In this document: one piece after another, positions 8,951 to 19,430 of the stretch
Position numbering within the stretch: the first letter of the stretch is position 1
Layout: every line of letters starts with the position of its first letter
Source of the DNA: Opitutales bacterium
GTDB lineage: Bacteria; Verrucomicrobiota; Verrucomicrobiia; Opitutales; Coraliomargaritaceae
Reading direction: 5' to 3'
NCBI GenBank assembly: GCA_049606355.1
Contig: JBMYVL010000002.1
Location: 229,310-261,309 of the forward strand
DNA length: 32,000 nucleotides
Made by a program: the position numbers and the translations under genes
Notes under the pieces: model-generated
What the model was told of the DNA's origin: nothing
What the model saw: the letters and a program-made list of their open reading frames with translations, nothing else
Databases searched by the model: none

Positions 8951-9006
8951 TGCAATAAATTTAACCCAATCATGCAATAGACGACAGTCCCAATTGCCGT
9001 TATACT
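8951..9006 (+). promoter_or_regulatory. Candidate uxaC promoter (TAGACG-17 nt-TATACT) with an upstream direct repeat TGCAATA x2
   Basis: TGCAATA occurs at 8951-8957 and 8973-8979, 22 bp start to start. The proximal copy abuts or overlaps the -35-like TAGACG (8978-8983). A 17-nt spacer separates this from the -10-like TATACT (9001-9006), which is 36 nt before the uxaC ATG. The motifs are short and could arise by chance. Confidence 0.3.
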
Positions 9007-9042
9007 CGAGCTTTCAACAATTCAGCAAACGCCCGCACAGAA

Positions 9043-10452
9043 ATGAGCTTCATTCACGATCATTTTCTACTCAACACCGCAACCGCGAAGACTCTCTACC
9101 ACGACTTTGCCGCAGCGCAGCCAATCATCGATTATCACTGCCACCTGTCACCGGCCGACCTCGCCAGCAACCGTCGCTTTGACAACCTCTTCGATATATG
9201 GCTTGCCGGCGACCACTACAAATGGCGTGCCATGCGCCTGAATGGCGAAGACGAACGCTTCTGCACGGGCGATGCCGACCCGCAGGAAAAATTCATGGCC
9301 TTCGCCAGAGCGCTGCCCAAGGCCTTACGCAACCCACTCTACCACTGGTCGCATCTGGAATTAAAACGCTACTTTGGAATCGATCGCCTGCTCAATGCAA
9401 ACTCGGCCTCGTCTATCTGGGAAGAAGCGAATGCCCAACTACAAAACCCCTCACACAGCGCGTGGGGGATCCTCCAATCGAATCAAGTCGAAGTCATCGG
9501 CACCACCGATGATCCAACCGATCCACTCACGGATCACGTCACGCTCCAACAATCAGATTGCCCCGCACGGGTCCTGCCCAGCTTTCGACCCGATAAGGCA
9601 TTCACCGTGAACGATACCCTCGCTTGGAATGAGTGGGTCGACAAACTGGAGCAGGTCAGCAACTTACCCTGTAATCATTTGAGCAACTTCCTCGCCGCTC
9701 TGGCGCAGCGGATCGAGTTCTTCAATCAACTTGGATGCGTGGCCTCCGACCATGGCATCGAACGCTGCCCACGCATCATTTACACAGAGGCGCAAGCCCG
9801 TGACATCTTTGCGAAGGCACGTGGTGGTAACACCATTTCAGCGGACGATACCGAAGGCTTTACCGGCTTTCTCCTAAGCTGGCTCGGTGAGCGCTATCAT
9901 CAACAAAACTGGGCGATGCAGTTACATCTGGGTGCGATTCGCAACGTCAATGGTGCCCTCTTCCAGCAGCTTGGTGCAGATGTGGGTTGTGACTCGATCC
10001 ACGATGTCGAGCAAGTGGCTGGCATTGCCAAGGTGCTCGGCGAACTATCCGCACGCGAAACGTTGCCCAAGGTCGTGCTGTACAACTTGGACCCGGCAAA
10101 GAATTATGCATTTGCGACCATGTGCGGTAACTTTTTCGAAGCCGGCGTCCGCGGCAAAGTCCAGTTTGGCAGTGGCTGGTGGTTCTTGGATCAACTCGAA
10201 GGCATGACCTTGCAGATTAACGCACTCTCCAACCTCGGTTTATTGAGCAACTTTATCGGCATGCTTACTGATTCGCGCAGCTTCATGAGTTACCCACGTC
10301 ACGAATACTTCCGACGCCTACTCTGCCGCATCCTTGGTCAGGATGTCGAAGATGGGCAAATCCCGAGAGATCTGGATCTACTCGGCAAGCTGGTCGCCGA
10401 CGTGAGCTACCACAATGCCCGTCAATACTTCGGCCTCACGCCTCAAGCGTAA
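9043..10452 (+). CDS. uxaC: Uronate (glucuronate/galacturonate) isomerase
   Basis: 469 aa, collinear with E. coli UxaC as I recall it: [83 protein letters not shown]. Confidence 0.95.
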   Translation: MSFIHDHFLLNTATAKTLYHDFAAAQPIIDYHCHLSPADLASNRRFDNLFDIWLAGDHYKWRAMRLNGEDERFCTGDADPQEKFMAFARALPKALRNPLYHWSHLELKRYFGIDRLLNANSASSIWEEANAQLQNPSHSAWGILQSNQVEVIGTTDDPTDPLTDHVTLQQSDCPARVLPSFRPDKAFTVNDTLAWNEWVDKLEQVSNLPCNHLSNFLAALAQRIEFFNQLGCVASDHGIERCPRIIYTEAQARDIFAKARGGNTISADDTEGFTGFLLSWLGERYHQQNWAMQLHLGAIRNVNGALFQQLGADVGCDSIHDVEQVAGIAKVLGELSARETLPKVVLYNLDPAKNYAFATMCGNFFEAGVRGKVQFGSGWWFLDQLEGMTLQINALSNLGLLSNFIGMLTDSRSFMSYPRHEYFRRLLCRILGQDVEDGQIPRDLDLLGKLVADVSYHNARQYFGLTPQA

Positions 10453-10499
10453 GCCAACCTCTCCCACAGCTCTACCCATCCAAACAAGACCTTCATTTC

Positions 10500-11963
10500 A
10501 TGAAGCCTCTCAACCGTCACACCGCTCCAGCCCCGCCGATACAGCCAGAGCGCATTCTACAATTTGGTAAAGGTAACTTTCTGCGCGCATTCGCAGAATG
10601 GACAGTCCAACAGTTAAATGAGTCATCGCTGGAATTCCAGAGTTCCATCGCAATCGTCGAAGCAACCCCACGCGGAGGTGGCGAATTGATCAATCAACAA
10701 GATGGACTATATCATTTGATCCTGGAAGGAATTAAAGAGGGGAAGCCCACACGCACCACTCAGTTGATCGACTGCGTCAACCGTTGTATCAATCCGTACA
10801 AGGAGTATAGCGTATACGAGCAATTAATCGAAAGCCCAGACCTGCGCATCATCATCTCCAATACAACCGAAGCAGGGATTCAATGGGCCGAGGGTGAAAC
10901 ACTGGATATGCGGCCGCCGCCCTCCTTCCCCGGGAAGATGACCGCGCTCCTCTACAAACGATTCAAACAGTTCGGAGGTGCTGCCGATAAAGGACTTATC
11001 ATTCTCTGCTGCGAACTCATCGAGAACAATGGCGACCGCCTGAAAGAGCTCGTGCTCAAGCACGCCAACAACTGGAACCTTGAGGCCGATTTTATCGAAT
11101 GGCTGGAGCAGTGCTGCGCCTTCTGTTCCACACTGGTCGACCGTATCGTTTCAGGTTTTCCGAAGGATCGAATTACTGAGATCCAATCCGAACTCGGCTA
11201 CGAGGATCAACTCGTTGTCGTGGGTGAACACTACCACAACTGGGTCGTCAAAGCACCGGACTGGGTAGCCGCAGAATTCCCGGCCGACAAAGTAGGCCTC
11301 AACGTCAGCTTTGTCGATGCAGCGAAGCAACGTGAAATTCGCGAACAAAAGGTGCGCATCCTCAACGGCTCACACACCGGAACCATGGCAGCAGCTTATC
11401 TCAGCGGCTTCGATACTGTTCGTGAAGCAATGGAGGACCCCTGCATCGGCCAATTCGTCAAAGATATGGTCGCTCAGGAAATCGTCCCCCATATTCCGGG
11501 TGACCCAGACTACCTACAACAGTTTGCCGACACGATCCTTGAACGCTTCTACAACCCCTTCATCCATCACGAGTGGCTCTCCATTTCCCTTAACTCCATG
11601 AGTAAATGGGAGACCCGCGTGCTACCAAGCTTACTCGATGCGTTGAAAAATAACGGCGCCCTTCCGGAACGCATCACGCTATCACTGGCAGCCTTGATCG
11701 CCTTCTATCGAGGCAGACGCGGTGAGGATAGCTACAGTTGTAAGGACAATGCCGACATCCTTGAACTTTTTGGCAAAGTTTGGGGCGACTACGAATCGAA
11801 CACGCTGGAACTGGAATCGCTGGTCCGCACCGTGCTCGCCTACGAGGCGAACTGGAAACGCGACCTCAACCAAATCCCAGGCCTAACGACTGCCGTAACC
11901 CGAAAGCTCGCCAGCATCCTTACCTACGGCATGCGCGAAACCCTAAAAACGGTTCAAGCTTAG
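10500..11963 (+). CDS. uxaB: Altronate oxidoreductase (tagaturonate reductase)
   Basis: 487 aa. It matches recalled E. coli UxaB end to end: MKxLNR...[71 protein letters not shown]...[15 protein letters not shown]. Confidence 0.95.
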   Translation: MKPLNRHTAPAPPIQPERILQFGKGNFLRAFAEWTVQQLNESSLEFQSSIAIVEATPRGGGELINQQDGLYHLILEGIKEGKPTRTTQLIDCVNRCINPYKEYSVYEQLIESPDLRIIISNTTEAGIQWAEGETLDMRPPPSFPGKMTALLYKRFKQFGGAADKGLIILCCELIENNGDRLKELVLKHANNWNLEADFIEWLEQCCAFCSTLVDRIVSGFPKDRITEIQSELGYEDQLVVVGEHYHNWVVKAPDWVAAEFPADKVGLNVSFVDAAKQREIREQKVRILNGSHTGTMAAAYLSGFDTVREAMEDPCIGQFVKDMVAQEIVPHIPGDPDYLQQFADTILERFYNPFIHHEWLSISLNSMSKWETRVLPSLLDALKNNGALPERITLSLAALIAFYRGRRGEDSYSCKDNADILELFGKVWGDYESNTLELESLVRTVLAYEANWKRDLNQIPGLTTAVTRKLASILTYGMRETLKTVQA

Positions 11964-11976
11964 AGACTTTTCATCG

Positions 11977-14694
11977 ATGACTGAGCAATTCCATGATATC
12001 GCACGCCTGCCAGTCCCTAGCGATAACGCCGCAATCTCGCTCGTCGACCTCAAGGCAGGCACCACGGTTGAGGCAGGCAGCACACGCTTCGACCTCAAGC
12101 ATGACGTGCTGACTGGACATCGCTTCGCAATTACCGCCATCCCCAAAGGCAGCTACATTACATCGTGGGCATATCCGTTCGGCACCGCCTGTAGAGATAT
12201 CGCCAAAGGCGAATACCTCTGCAACGCCAACGTCCTCTACCGCCTCTCGATTCAGGAAGCTGTCCAATTTACTGACCTAAAGCTGCCCGACCAAGCAAAC
12301 TTTGTTGATGATATTGAGCCCTTCAGCTTCGACGAATCTACCTGGAAAAAACCTCCGCCAGTGCGCCTCTATGAAACGCCACGCACCTTTCTCGGTTACA
12401 AACGAAGCAAGCGTGGCGTAGGGACTCGCAACCACTTCGTTATCGTCAACACTTGTGCGACGACAGCACCACTCGTTGAACGCCTTGAAGCAATCTACAA
12501 GGACAAGGCCAGTGCATACAAAAATGTCGATGCCATCATCGGACTGCGCCACACCGAAAACTCCAGCATCCATGCTGAAGAGAATGAGCGCACACTGCGC
12601 ACACTCGCTGGCCTCATCAGTAATGCCAATGTCGGTGGTTTCATTGCCATCGACAGTGGCCTGGAAGGTGACCTGAGTAACAACGATCTGATTCGTTGGA
12701 TGAATGAAAATGGTTTGCCAGTTGATGACATGCCCTACGAATTACTCAGTGCAAGCGATTCCTTTGAGGCCGATGTCGCGACTATCGCTCCGTCAATTGA
12801 CCGGATGCTGGAAAAATTGAACCTCGACCTGCGGAGTGAGCAGTCCATCGCTCACCTTAAAATTGGCTTACAATGCGGCGCATCCGATGCCTTCTCTGGA
12901 ATTTGTGGCAACATTCTTTCCGCCGCGATCGGTCGCGAAGTAATTCGTCACGGCGGCGTAGCTAATTTAACCGAAACGCCTGAACTCTCCGGCGCAGAAG
13001 ACTACATCCTAACTCGCATCACAAGGCCTGAGATCGCCCAAACTTTTCTCAGGATGATGGACCGCTTCAAAACTCACCTAGACTGGCATGGCGGAAGAAT
13101 CGACAAGAATCCATCCGAAGGCAACCTGCTGGGTGGACTTTACAACATTACCCTGAAGTCACTCGGCGCTGCCGTCAAACGGGACCCTCAAATACCTATT
13201 CAAGAGATCATAGAGTATGGCGAACGTATGACACAGCCCGGCTTACACTTTATGGATGGCATGGGGGGCGACATTGCCAGCTACACTGGGCAAGCAGCCT
13301 CCGGGTGTAACATTGTACTCTTCGTTACGGGACGTGGTTCACCGACGAGCTCCTCGATCGTACCGACCATCAAAATTGTCAACACGACCCTGCGCTACAG
13401 GATGATGCAGGGCGATATCGACATTAACGCGGGCGAATATCTTAACGGTAAACCGATGGAGCAGCTTACTGAAGAAGCCCTCCAGCAAGTCATTGACATA
13501 GCCAGCGGCGCACACACGAGCGGCGAGGCACACCAGCAAAACATCGATCTACTCTGGAGGCGCAAATTTTTCCACAACAAGCCTGAAAGCGCCCAAGAGT
13601 TTGCGCCGAGTCGTTTCGATGGCCAACCACAGGCCTGCAGCGCCCCAGAAGGCCCGCCTCTCCAATTAGGCTTTGCGGGGCGTAAGACATCGTGCGGTAT
13701 CGTTCCACACGAAAGAATCGCGCTCTTGATTCCGACTGTCGGTTGCTCACTCGCAACTGCACAGCAGGCAGCTGAGCAGCTCAACCAAAGCCAATGGATC
13801 GAGAGCGGACGAATCTCACGATTTGTGGTGCTCAACAACACCGAAGGCTGCGGCGTGACAACCGGAGCCGAAGTACTCAATTTCCTCATCAGCTACGCTA
13901 CCCACCCACTAGTGGATGCCTGCCTCTTTCTGTCGCTTGGTTGTGAAATGGTTTCGCCCAGCTTTATCAAGTCCACCATGCGTGGTGAAGACATCGGCTT
14001 CCCCGAAATCACCCACGTAACCGAAGCAAAAGGCATTGACCCGGAACAATTCGGCTGGATTACGATTCAAGAGACGGGCGGCACTGAGCACGCCGTAAGC
14101 GCGGTACAAGCCTGGTTCGAAAAACGCCTAAAAAGTAGTCCAATCATCGTACCCGCTGAAGGAACAGCAGCGCACATGCGCATCGGTTTAATGACAAGCC
14201 CGAAGCTGCCGTTCGACGTCATCGCCGCCGCGGCCGAATTCACCCGTCAAGTCGTCGCCAACGGTGGCTCAGTCGTCATTCCTCATGATAGTAGCGCACT
14301 GTTGTCTGCTAAACTCTGCGACTCAGTTCCAGTTAAACCGACCCTCTCATTCGCGCAGGCGATTGACAGGCCGGGCCTTCATTTGATGCAGCGGATCACC
14401 GACAATTCAATAGAGCAAGTAACCGGCCTCGGCGCTACCACAGACCTCATCATCCACATCGGCAAAAACCGCCCTATACCGGCACACACACTGACTCCCA
14501 CACTCAACATCACCGCCTCCGAAATACGTGGCGACTTTGACCAGCAACTCCAGTCGACCAGCAAAGACTACTGGCCGCAACAAATCGCCGATCTCACTCG
14601 CGAAGTCCTGTCCGGTCGTTACCAGCCACGCCAAAATAGTCTGGGGAATACAGGCAATCAGATTCCCCGCGGCACGCGCGCTCATGCGATCTAA
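11977..14694 (+). CDS. uxaA: Altronate-dehydratase-family protein of double length (SAF + two tandem UxaA core modules)
   Basis: 905 aa in one uninterrupted ORF. Residues 1-~525 are a full UxaA. They contain the SAF block [15 protein letters not shown]...AKGEYL, plus [56 protein letters not shown] and [19 protein letters not shown]. Residues ~566-885 repeat the middle and C-terminal domains: [52 protein letters not shown]. The gene starts 13 nt after uxaB. Confidence 0.85.
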   Translation: MTEQFHDIARLPVPSDNAAISLVDLKAGTTVEAGSTRFDLKHDVLTGHRFAITAIPKGSYITSWAYPFGTACRDIAKGEYLCNANVLYRLSIQEAVQFTDLKLPDQANFVDDIEPFSFDESTWKKPPPVRLYETPRTFLGYKRSKRGVGTRNHFVIVNTCATTAPLVERLEAIYKDKASAYKNVDAIIGLRHTENSSIHAEENERTLRTLAGLISNANVGGFIAIDSGLEGDLSNNDLIRWMNENGLPVDDMPYELLSASDSFEADVATIAPSIDRMLEKLNLDLRSEQSIAHLKIGLQCGASDAFSGICGNILSAAIGREVIRHGGVANLTETPELSGAEDYILTRITRPEIAQTFLRMMDRFKTHLDWHGGRIDKNPSEGNLLGGLYNITLKSLGAAVKRDPQIPIQEIIEYGERMTQPGLHFMDGMGGDIASYTGQAASGCNIVLFVTGRGSPTSSSIVPTIKIVNTTLRYRMMQGDIDINAGEYLNGKPMEQLTEEALQQVIDIASGAHTSGEAHQQNIDLLWRRKFFHNKPESAQEFAPSRFDGQPQACSAPEGPPLQLGFAGRKTSCGIVPHERIALLIPTVGCSLATAQQAAEQLNQSQWIESGRISRFVVLNNTEGCGVTTGAEVLNFLISYATHPLVDACLFLSLGCEMVSPSFIKSTMRGEDIGFPEITHVTEAKGIDPEQFGWITIQETGGTEHAVSAVQAWFEKRLKSSPIIVPAEGTAAHMRIGLMTSPKLPFDVIAAAAEFTRQVVANGGSVVIPHDSSALLSAKLCDSVPVKPTLSFAQAIDRPGLHLMQRITDNSIEQVTGLGATTDLIIHIGKNRPIPAHTLTPTLNITASEIRGDFDQQLQSTSKDYWPQQIADLTREVLSGRYQPRQNSLGNTGNQIPRGTRAHAI

Positions 14695-14900
14695 GTAAAC
14701 AAACACCCTCAACGAAACAACGATTACTCATTTCCGCAACTCGCGTTTCAGAACGATGATATCTCGGACTCAAGCAAGCGAGGCAGTGCACCCACAATGA
14801 AATTCTCGAAGGGCCTTTGAATCTATTCCCCCTGACAACTAAAAATCACACTAGACTCTACAAAAAAACGCGTTAAAATTAAATTTACTTCCATTGCTCT

Positions 14901-16049
14901 ATGAAGAAGCCCCATTTACCCCAAAAAGCTGAAATTGCCCTGTTCAACAACGGCCTCTATCACCACGGACGGGAGATCGTAATGGGAGCAAAAAATTACC
15001 TTCTCAAACATAGTAATGTGCAGCTACGGGTCCTCCACGACACCAATTACCTTACCTTAGCAGACTCAGCGCTCGCTAGCCCTGACCTCGCTAGCTTCAG
15101 CGCAGCAATCGCTGTCGACACACCGGACGCCTTGATTGAGCAATTGCAGAAAATCACACCTGTCATTGTGAACGCATCGCCGGAATCCGCGATTCAATCA
15201 CTCCCCGCGGTCATCATTGACGATGTCGAGGTTGGACGTATGGCGGCAGAGTACTACATCCGGCGTAGATATAAATCGTTTGCTTACATCGAAAAGGCAG
15301 GCTTGCCCTGGTCCCAAAGGCGCAACGCTGGTTTTGTTGCCAGACTCCATGAAGAAGGTTATCGCCCCATTCAGGTGGATCGAACAGAAGACAGTGAGTG
15401 GCATCGGCCCGTAGCCGACCTGCCAAAGCCACTCGCAGTGTTTGCCCCCAGCGATGGATTAGCACGGATCCTCATTGAACAATTAATCGATCTCAACATT
15501 CACATTCCGCGGGATGTTGCGGTTTTGGGAGTCGATGACGACCCCTACCAGAACTCCCTCTCCCCAGTTCCCTTATCCTCCGTTCAGTTACCCGGCAGCC
15601 GTATCGGAGAAATCGCAGCCGAACAACTTCTTATCTGGATCGAGACGAATAAGCAACCGCAAGCGGTTCGGAAATTGAAACCAGTCAGGGTCATCACACG
15701 ACTTTCAACCGACAATGCCTACTGCGATGATGAACTCGTCGCCGATGCACTTGATATCATCAACGAAGAACTGCCAGGTCTGAAATCCACTGACGATTTG
15801 GTCCAGCGACTCAAAGTATCGCGACGAACCCTTGAATGGCGCTTCCGCAAAGAACTTGGCCACACGATTAACGATGAACTCAGTCACGCTAGAATAGAAA
15901 ATGCGCGCCTGCTACTATCAACCACCGACTTAACCGGTGAACAGATCGCGCAGCGAGTCGGCCTTTCCGAGGGCCGTATGCTGACTCTGCTTCTGAAGCG
16001 TAAGACCGGCCAGACACCGACGGAATACCGCGAAGGCTCGACCGCTTGA
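14901..16049 (+). CDS. XylR-type transcriptional regulator (sugar-binding domain + AraC-family HTH), second copy
   Basis: 382 aa. The PBP/LacI-like portion is indicated by AVFAPSDGLARILIEQL and VAVLGVDDDPYQNSLSPVPLSSVQLP. The C-terminal AraC HTH is indicated by LVQRLKVSRRTLEWRFRKELGHTINDELSHARIENARLLL.TTDLTGEQIAQRVGLSEGRMLTLLLKRKTGQTPTEYR. Confidence 0.85.
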   Translation: MKKPHLPQKAEIALFNNGLYHHGREIVMGAKNYLLKHSNVQLRVLHDTNYLTLADSALASPDLASFSAAIAVDTPDALIEQLQKITPVIVNASPESAIQSLPAVIIDDVEVGRMAAEYYIRRRYKSFAYIEKAGLPWSQRRNAGFVARLHEEGYRPIQVDRTEDSEWHRPVADLPKPLAVFAPSDGLARILIEQLIDLNIHIPRDVAVLGVDDDPYQNSLSPVPLSSVQLPGSRIGEIAAEQLLIWIETNKQPQAVRKLKPVRVITRLSTDNAYCDDELVADALDIINEELPGLKSTDDLVQRLKVSRRTLEWRFRKELGHTINDELSHARIENARLLLSTTDLTGEQIAQRVGLSEGRMLTLLLKRKTGQTPTEYREGSTA

Positions 16050-16182
16050 GGCCTCGCTCTGCTCTTCCAGTGTTATGGCCCGTGGTGATGCAATCGGTGC
16101 CTACTGCAAGCTAGGCCATTTAATTCATTAATGGTTTAGTTAAATAGTCCTCGCACTTAACTAACAATCACTGACTCTGTTC

Positions 16183-16210
16183 AGGAGAGGAGCTGAGTGG
16201 CTCCCCTCCT
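16183..16210. terminator. GC-rich hairpin in the convergent intergenic region (candidate bidirectional terminator, no U-tract)
   Basis: aggagaggagc (16183-16193) pairs with gctcccctcct (16200-16210) at 10 of 11 positions, with the 6-nt loop tgagtg. It lies between the regulator stop (16049) and the MFS stop (16332). No T-run follows on either strand. AT-rich inverted repeats sit just upstream at 16116-16134, and tagttaa/ttaacta lies around 16137-16163. Confidence 0.3.
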
Positions 16211-16331
16211 TAACGGGCTGGATTGGATCGCGGAATGCGACTGTGTCATTCTCATTAAGGCGGAATCCTCTTGAAAGCGACATTCGCCCGAGACCACTCG
16301 AAGGCGACGGGCTTCTACTACGCTTGCTAGG

Positions 16332-17825
16332 TCAGGCCACAGTTCCTCGGCGTTCCTCCAACAGACGGCGCGTCTCGGTCGCATTTTCCTTTGTGATCGG
16401 ATAGAATTGGAGCAGGAAGAGGGCGATCATATTGGGTATCATGCCACCGAGGACCATTAACAACCGCATCCCCAGGAATGTATCCGCTGTTTGATTACCA
16501 CCTAACTCCGCATCAAATCCAACCAAGACCAGCGCCAATCCTCCGGCAAAGAAACTCAACGAGACCGCGGTCTTGGCGACCCAATTGTACACTGCTCCGA
16601 ACATACCTTCCCGGCGCTCGCCATGTCGGAGTTCATCATTGTCACAAATATCAGCCATCATGGACTGAACAACCGTGCCGACCGCAATCCAATACAGAGA
16701 ACCGAAAATCGCATCGGCAAAGATAAACATATGGTTCCCCGGGGTGTAGACAAACCAACGCACAATGCCGTTAAAGATCACCAAGATATAGACGGTCCGT
16801 AAGGTGAACAATTTGCTGGTTCGCTTGGAAAGCGCCAACATGAGAGGGATCCCAATAAAACCACAAACCGCATACGCTGATGACAACAGGCCCTTCCAGA
16901 CCGAGCCCTGCGCAATGTCACCATCAAACATATAATAGACCAATAAATAGTAATCCATGGAGCTGCTAAACATACCGGCCGCAATTTGCAGCAGGGTCAG
17001 CGCGATAAGGACCAGAAATGCTTTGTTGCCGAATGCTTGACCAACCGTTTTCCAAAAGCCTGCACCGTCCTTCTTGGCGAGGTCCTTTTCCTGAACTTTA
17101 TAGTAACGCTCTTTCGCAAAGATTGCCGGAATGACACCAAAACCAGCGATCATAAGAAAAGCCACGCACCAGAGAACGACTCGTACCCCTTGCACCTGAT
17201 CTGAAAACAGCCCCCAAGTGACACCAAGCGCGGCTGCAGGGATAAACCACTGATACGAAAACTCGCCAACTTTCTGCCAGAAGGTGACATGCCCCATCAC
17301 TTCAGTCCGCTCATCGTAATTGGGCGTCATCTCATAAGTGAGACTGGTGAACGGAACAGCGAAAATGGTAAAGCAGGTATAAAAGATCAACGACGCCACC
17401 AAAAACCAAGCCATCATCGCCCCCTCGTTCCACGAAGTCGGAACCATCCAAATCATCCCAAACGACAGAGCCATGAGAACCGCGCCCAGGAAAATGAAGG
17501 GGCGACGGCGTCCATACTTCGAATGATAGCGGTCCGAAATGCGGCCCATGATCGGATCCGTCAACCCGTCCCAAAAACGAGGAATGGCCAACATGATTCC
17601 AATGAGCGCTGGGTTGACCCCGAGAATCATGTTAAAGAAGGGCATCGCCGTCGCCTTCACCGTCGAATTCCCATGGAAGAAGGTCATCCCCCCAAAACCG
17701 ACCGCGATCTTTTCGCCGAGCCCAATGACGTTACCATTCTTTGGCGCCACTTTTTTGTCCTCAGGGTTTCCCTCGTTGCGGGAGGTGGATGTGGTCTCGA
17801 TTTGGGGTGAAGGAGTTTCGCTCAT
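16332..17825 (-). CDS. MFS transporter, glycoside-pentoside-hexuronide (GPH):cation symporter family
   Basis: 497 aa with about 12 hydrophobic segments. The GPH signature is WDGLTDPIMGRISDRYHSKYGRRRPFIFLGA (D..G...DR.....GRRRP). A hydrophilic N-terminal tail of about 35 aa precedes the first segment. It is the last gene of the long minus-strand cluster. Confidence 0.85.
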   Translation of the reverse strand: MSETPSPQIETTSTSRNEGNPEDKKVAPKNGNVIGLGEKIAVGFGGMTFFHGNSTVKATAMPFFNMILGVNPALIGIMLAIPRFWDGLTDPIMGRISDRYHSKYGRRRPFIFLGAVLMALSFGMIWMVPTSWNEGAMMAWFLVASLIFYTCFTIFAVPFTSLTYEMTPNYDERTEVMGHVTFWQKVGEFSYQWFIPAAALGVTWGLFSDQVQGVRVVLWCVAFLMIAGFGVIPAIFAKERYYKVQEKDLAKKDGAGFWKTVGQAFGNKAFLVLIALTLLQIAAGMFSSSMDYYLLVYYMFDGDIAQGSVWKGLLSSAYAVCGFIGIPLMLALSKRTSKLFTLRTVYILVIFNGIVRWFVYTPGNHMFIFADAIFGSLYWIAVGTVVQSMMADICDNDELRHGERREGMFGAVYNWVAKTAVSLSFFAGGLALVLVGFDAELGGNQTADTFLGMRLLMVLGGMIPNMIALFLLQFYPITKENATETRRLLEERRGTVA

Positions 17826-17936
17826 AATAGATGATGGTTGAATAGGCTATCGCTGTTCGTGTGTGCGCGGCGAAGGGTTGTTTCTAGAGTGCGAGTTCGG
17901 GCACCTGAGCTTTGTGGAGTATTCAATAGCCCGGTT

Positions 17937-19343
17937 CTAATTTGAAAAATCTTTGCCCCAGTTTGCGTAGAGAGTTTGCTGGAGTTTCTGAATTAGCGGA
18001 GCATTTTCCGGATCGCCTGCGATGTTCACAGACTCGCTCGAGTCCTCGTGGAGATCGTAAAGCATTTGAGCGACAACCGTGTTGCCCTTTTCACTCCATT
18101 CCGTGTAAGCGTAACGTTCGGTAAGCAGGGTCATACCATGCTGCCATTTTGAAATCACGAAGTCTTTGAACGGTTGATCCGGTTTTTCAAGAACGGGTAC
18201 AAAACTCTTACCCTCCAACTGATTTGCAGGATTCTCTAAAGCGCATAGTTCAGTCAGCGTTGGATAGATATCCACAAACTCAACCAATGCTTCAGAAGCG
18301 GCACCTCCGGCAATGCCTGGAGCTTTCACAATAAGCGGGCTGTGTAAGACGACTTCAAAGTTCGAGTGCTTTCCCCACTTTCCGTGATCATCCAGACTGA
18401 AGCCATGATCCCCCAGCAGGACAACGATTGTGTTTTTATCGAGTTCAAGTTCCTTTAATGTATCAAGGACCTTTCCAACCAGTGCATCGGAATAGCTGAC
18501 CGTAGCATAGTATGCGTGAATCAAAGTGCGGGCTAAGTCATCATCTTCAAGCCACCCCTTCTTGGGAATTCCGTGATAGGCTCTCATTTCATTGGACCTG
18601 CGCATGGCTTCAAGCGGCGCATGCTCCGGTGCATGATTGTTTTCAGGGCGCTTAATGGCATCATAGTCATACAGGTCCCAGTATTTCTTGGGGGCATTGA
18701 AAGGTAGATGCGGGGAGGTAAAGCCGACTGCCAGGAAGAAGGGCTTACCATCTCTCTTCAAGCGTTTCAGGGTATTTACAGTTCTTTGCGCGACCGAACC
18801 ATCGTCATAGGCAATGTCCGGAACATCCGCACATTCATACGCCGGACCATGCCCCTTGTTCTCAACATCAAGTTGGATATTTTCCGGTTTCAGATAGTTT
18901 CTCCAGCGGGTTTCATTCGTTTTCGCCCCTTTTCGCACATCCCAACTGTCTTCGGCGTCATTCCACTTATGGAATACCTTCCCGTAGGAAATTGTCGTAT
19001 ACCCGTTATCTTTAAATACCTGAGGCAACACCACAGCATCGGGCGCTTCGGCATCCGCCCCGCTGTTATAACGGTTGAAGCGTGTGAGTGTCGGCCGCAA
19101 ACCGGTCATAATACTCGCACGGGAGGCACCACAAACGGGGACATTGCAATACGCTCGAGTAAAGGTGACACCTTCCGCAGCAAGTTTGTCGATATGTGGT
19201 GAAATGATATGACTCTCCCCAAAGCAGTTTAGCTCAGGGCGTAAATCATCCATCATCAGAAACAAGACGTTTGGCTTGGATTCATCCGACCCAAAGCACA
19301 AACCCGCAATAAACATCACTGAAACAATTAATATTTTCTTCAT
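17937..19343 (-). CDS. Exported sulfatase (iduronate-2-sulfatase-like)
   Basis: 468 aa. It has the signal MKKILIVSVMFIAGLCFG, the block VLFLMMDDLRPELNCFG, the formylglycine motif VCGASRASIMTGLRP, and LGDHGF. Confidence 0.9.
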   Translation of the reverse strand: MKKILIVSVMFIAGLCFGSDESKPNVLFLMMDDLRPELNCFGESHIISPHIDKLAAEGVTFTRAYCNVPVCGASRASIMTGLRPTLTRFNRYNSGADAEAPDAVVLPQVFKDNGYTTISYGKVFHKWNDAEDSWDVRKGAKTNETRWRNYLKPENIQLDVENKGHGPAYECADVPDIAYDDGSVAQRTVNTLKRLKRDGKPFFLAVGFTSPHLPFNAPKKYWDLYDYDAIKRPENNHAPEHAPLEAMRRSNEMRAYHGIPKKGWLEDDDLARTLIHAYYATVSYSDALVGKVLDTLKELELDKNTIVVLLGDHGFSLDDHGKWGKHSNFEVVLHSPLIVKAPGIAGGAASEALVEFVDIYPTLTELCALENPANQLEGKSFVPVLEKPDQPFKDFVISKWQHGMTLLTERYAYTEWSEKGNTVVAQMLYDLHEDSSESVNIAGDPENAPLIQKLQQTLYANWGKDFSN

Positions 19344-19430
19344 TATAATTATACTTTTCGACTTTATTTAAACTAATTCTATTTTTTTTGATTCCGCTGC
19401 AGCTCACCGAGCCTCACGTGCTTGCTACTT

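Noticed and set aside
13395-13889. 164-aa minus-strand ORF spanning the junction of the two UxaA modules. I checked whether the junction hides a separate gene or an assembly artefact.
   Set aside because: The plus-strand frame is continuous through 13552-13671, with family-like sequence on both sides. The antisense ORF is Cys/Trp/Ser-rich and looks like junk sequence. Only resequencing could exclude a frameshift artefact, as noted in the uxaA finding.
17838-17931. Complementary segments ttgaata+ggctat (17838-17850) and tattcaa+atagcc (17920-17931) in the spacer before the MFS gene, in pseudoknot-like A-B-A'-B' order
   Set aside because: The segments are only 6-7 nt each and AT-rich. They are separated by about 70 nt with no supporting stems, so the geometry is implausible for a stable structure. 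This is likely coincidence.
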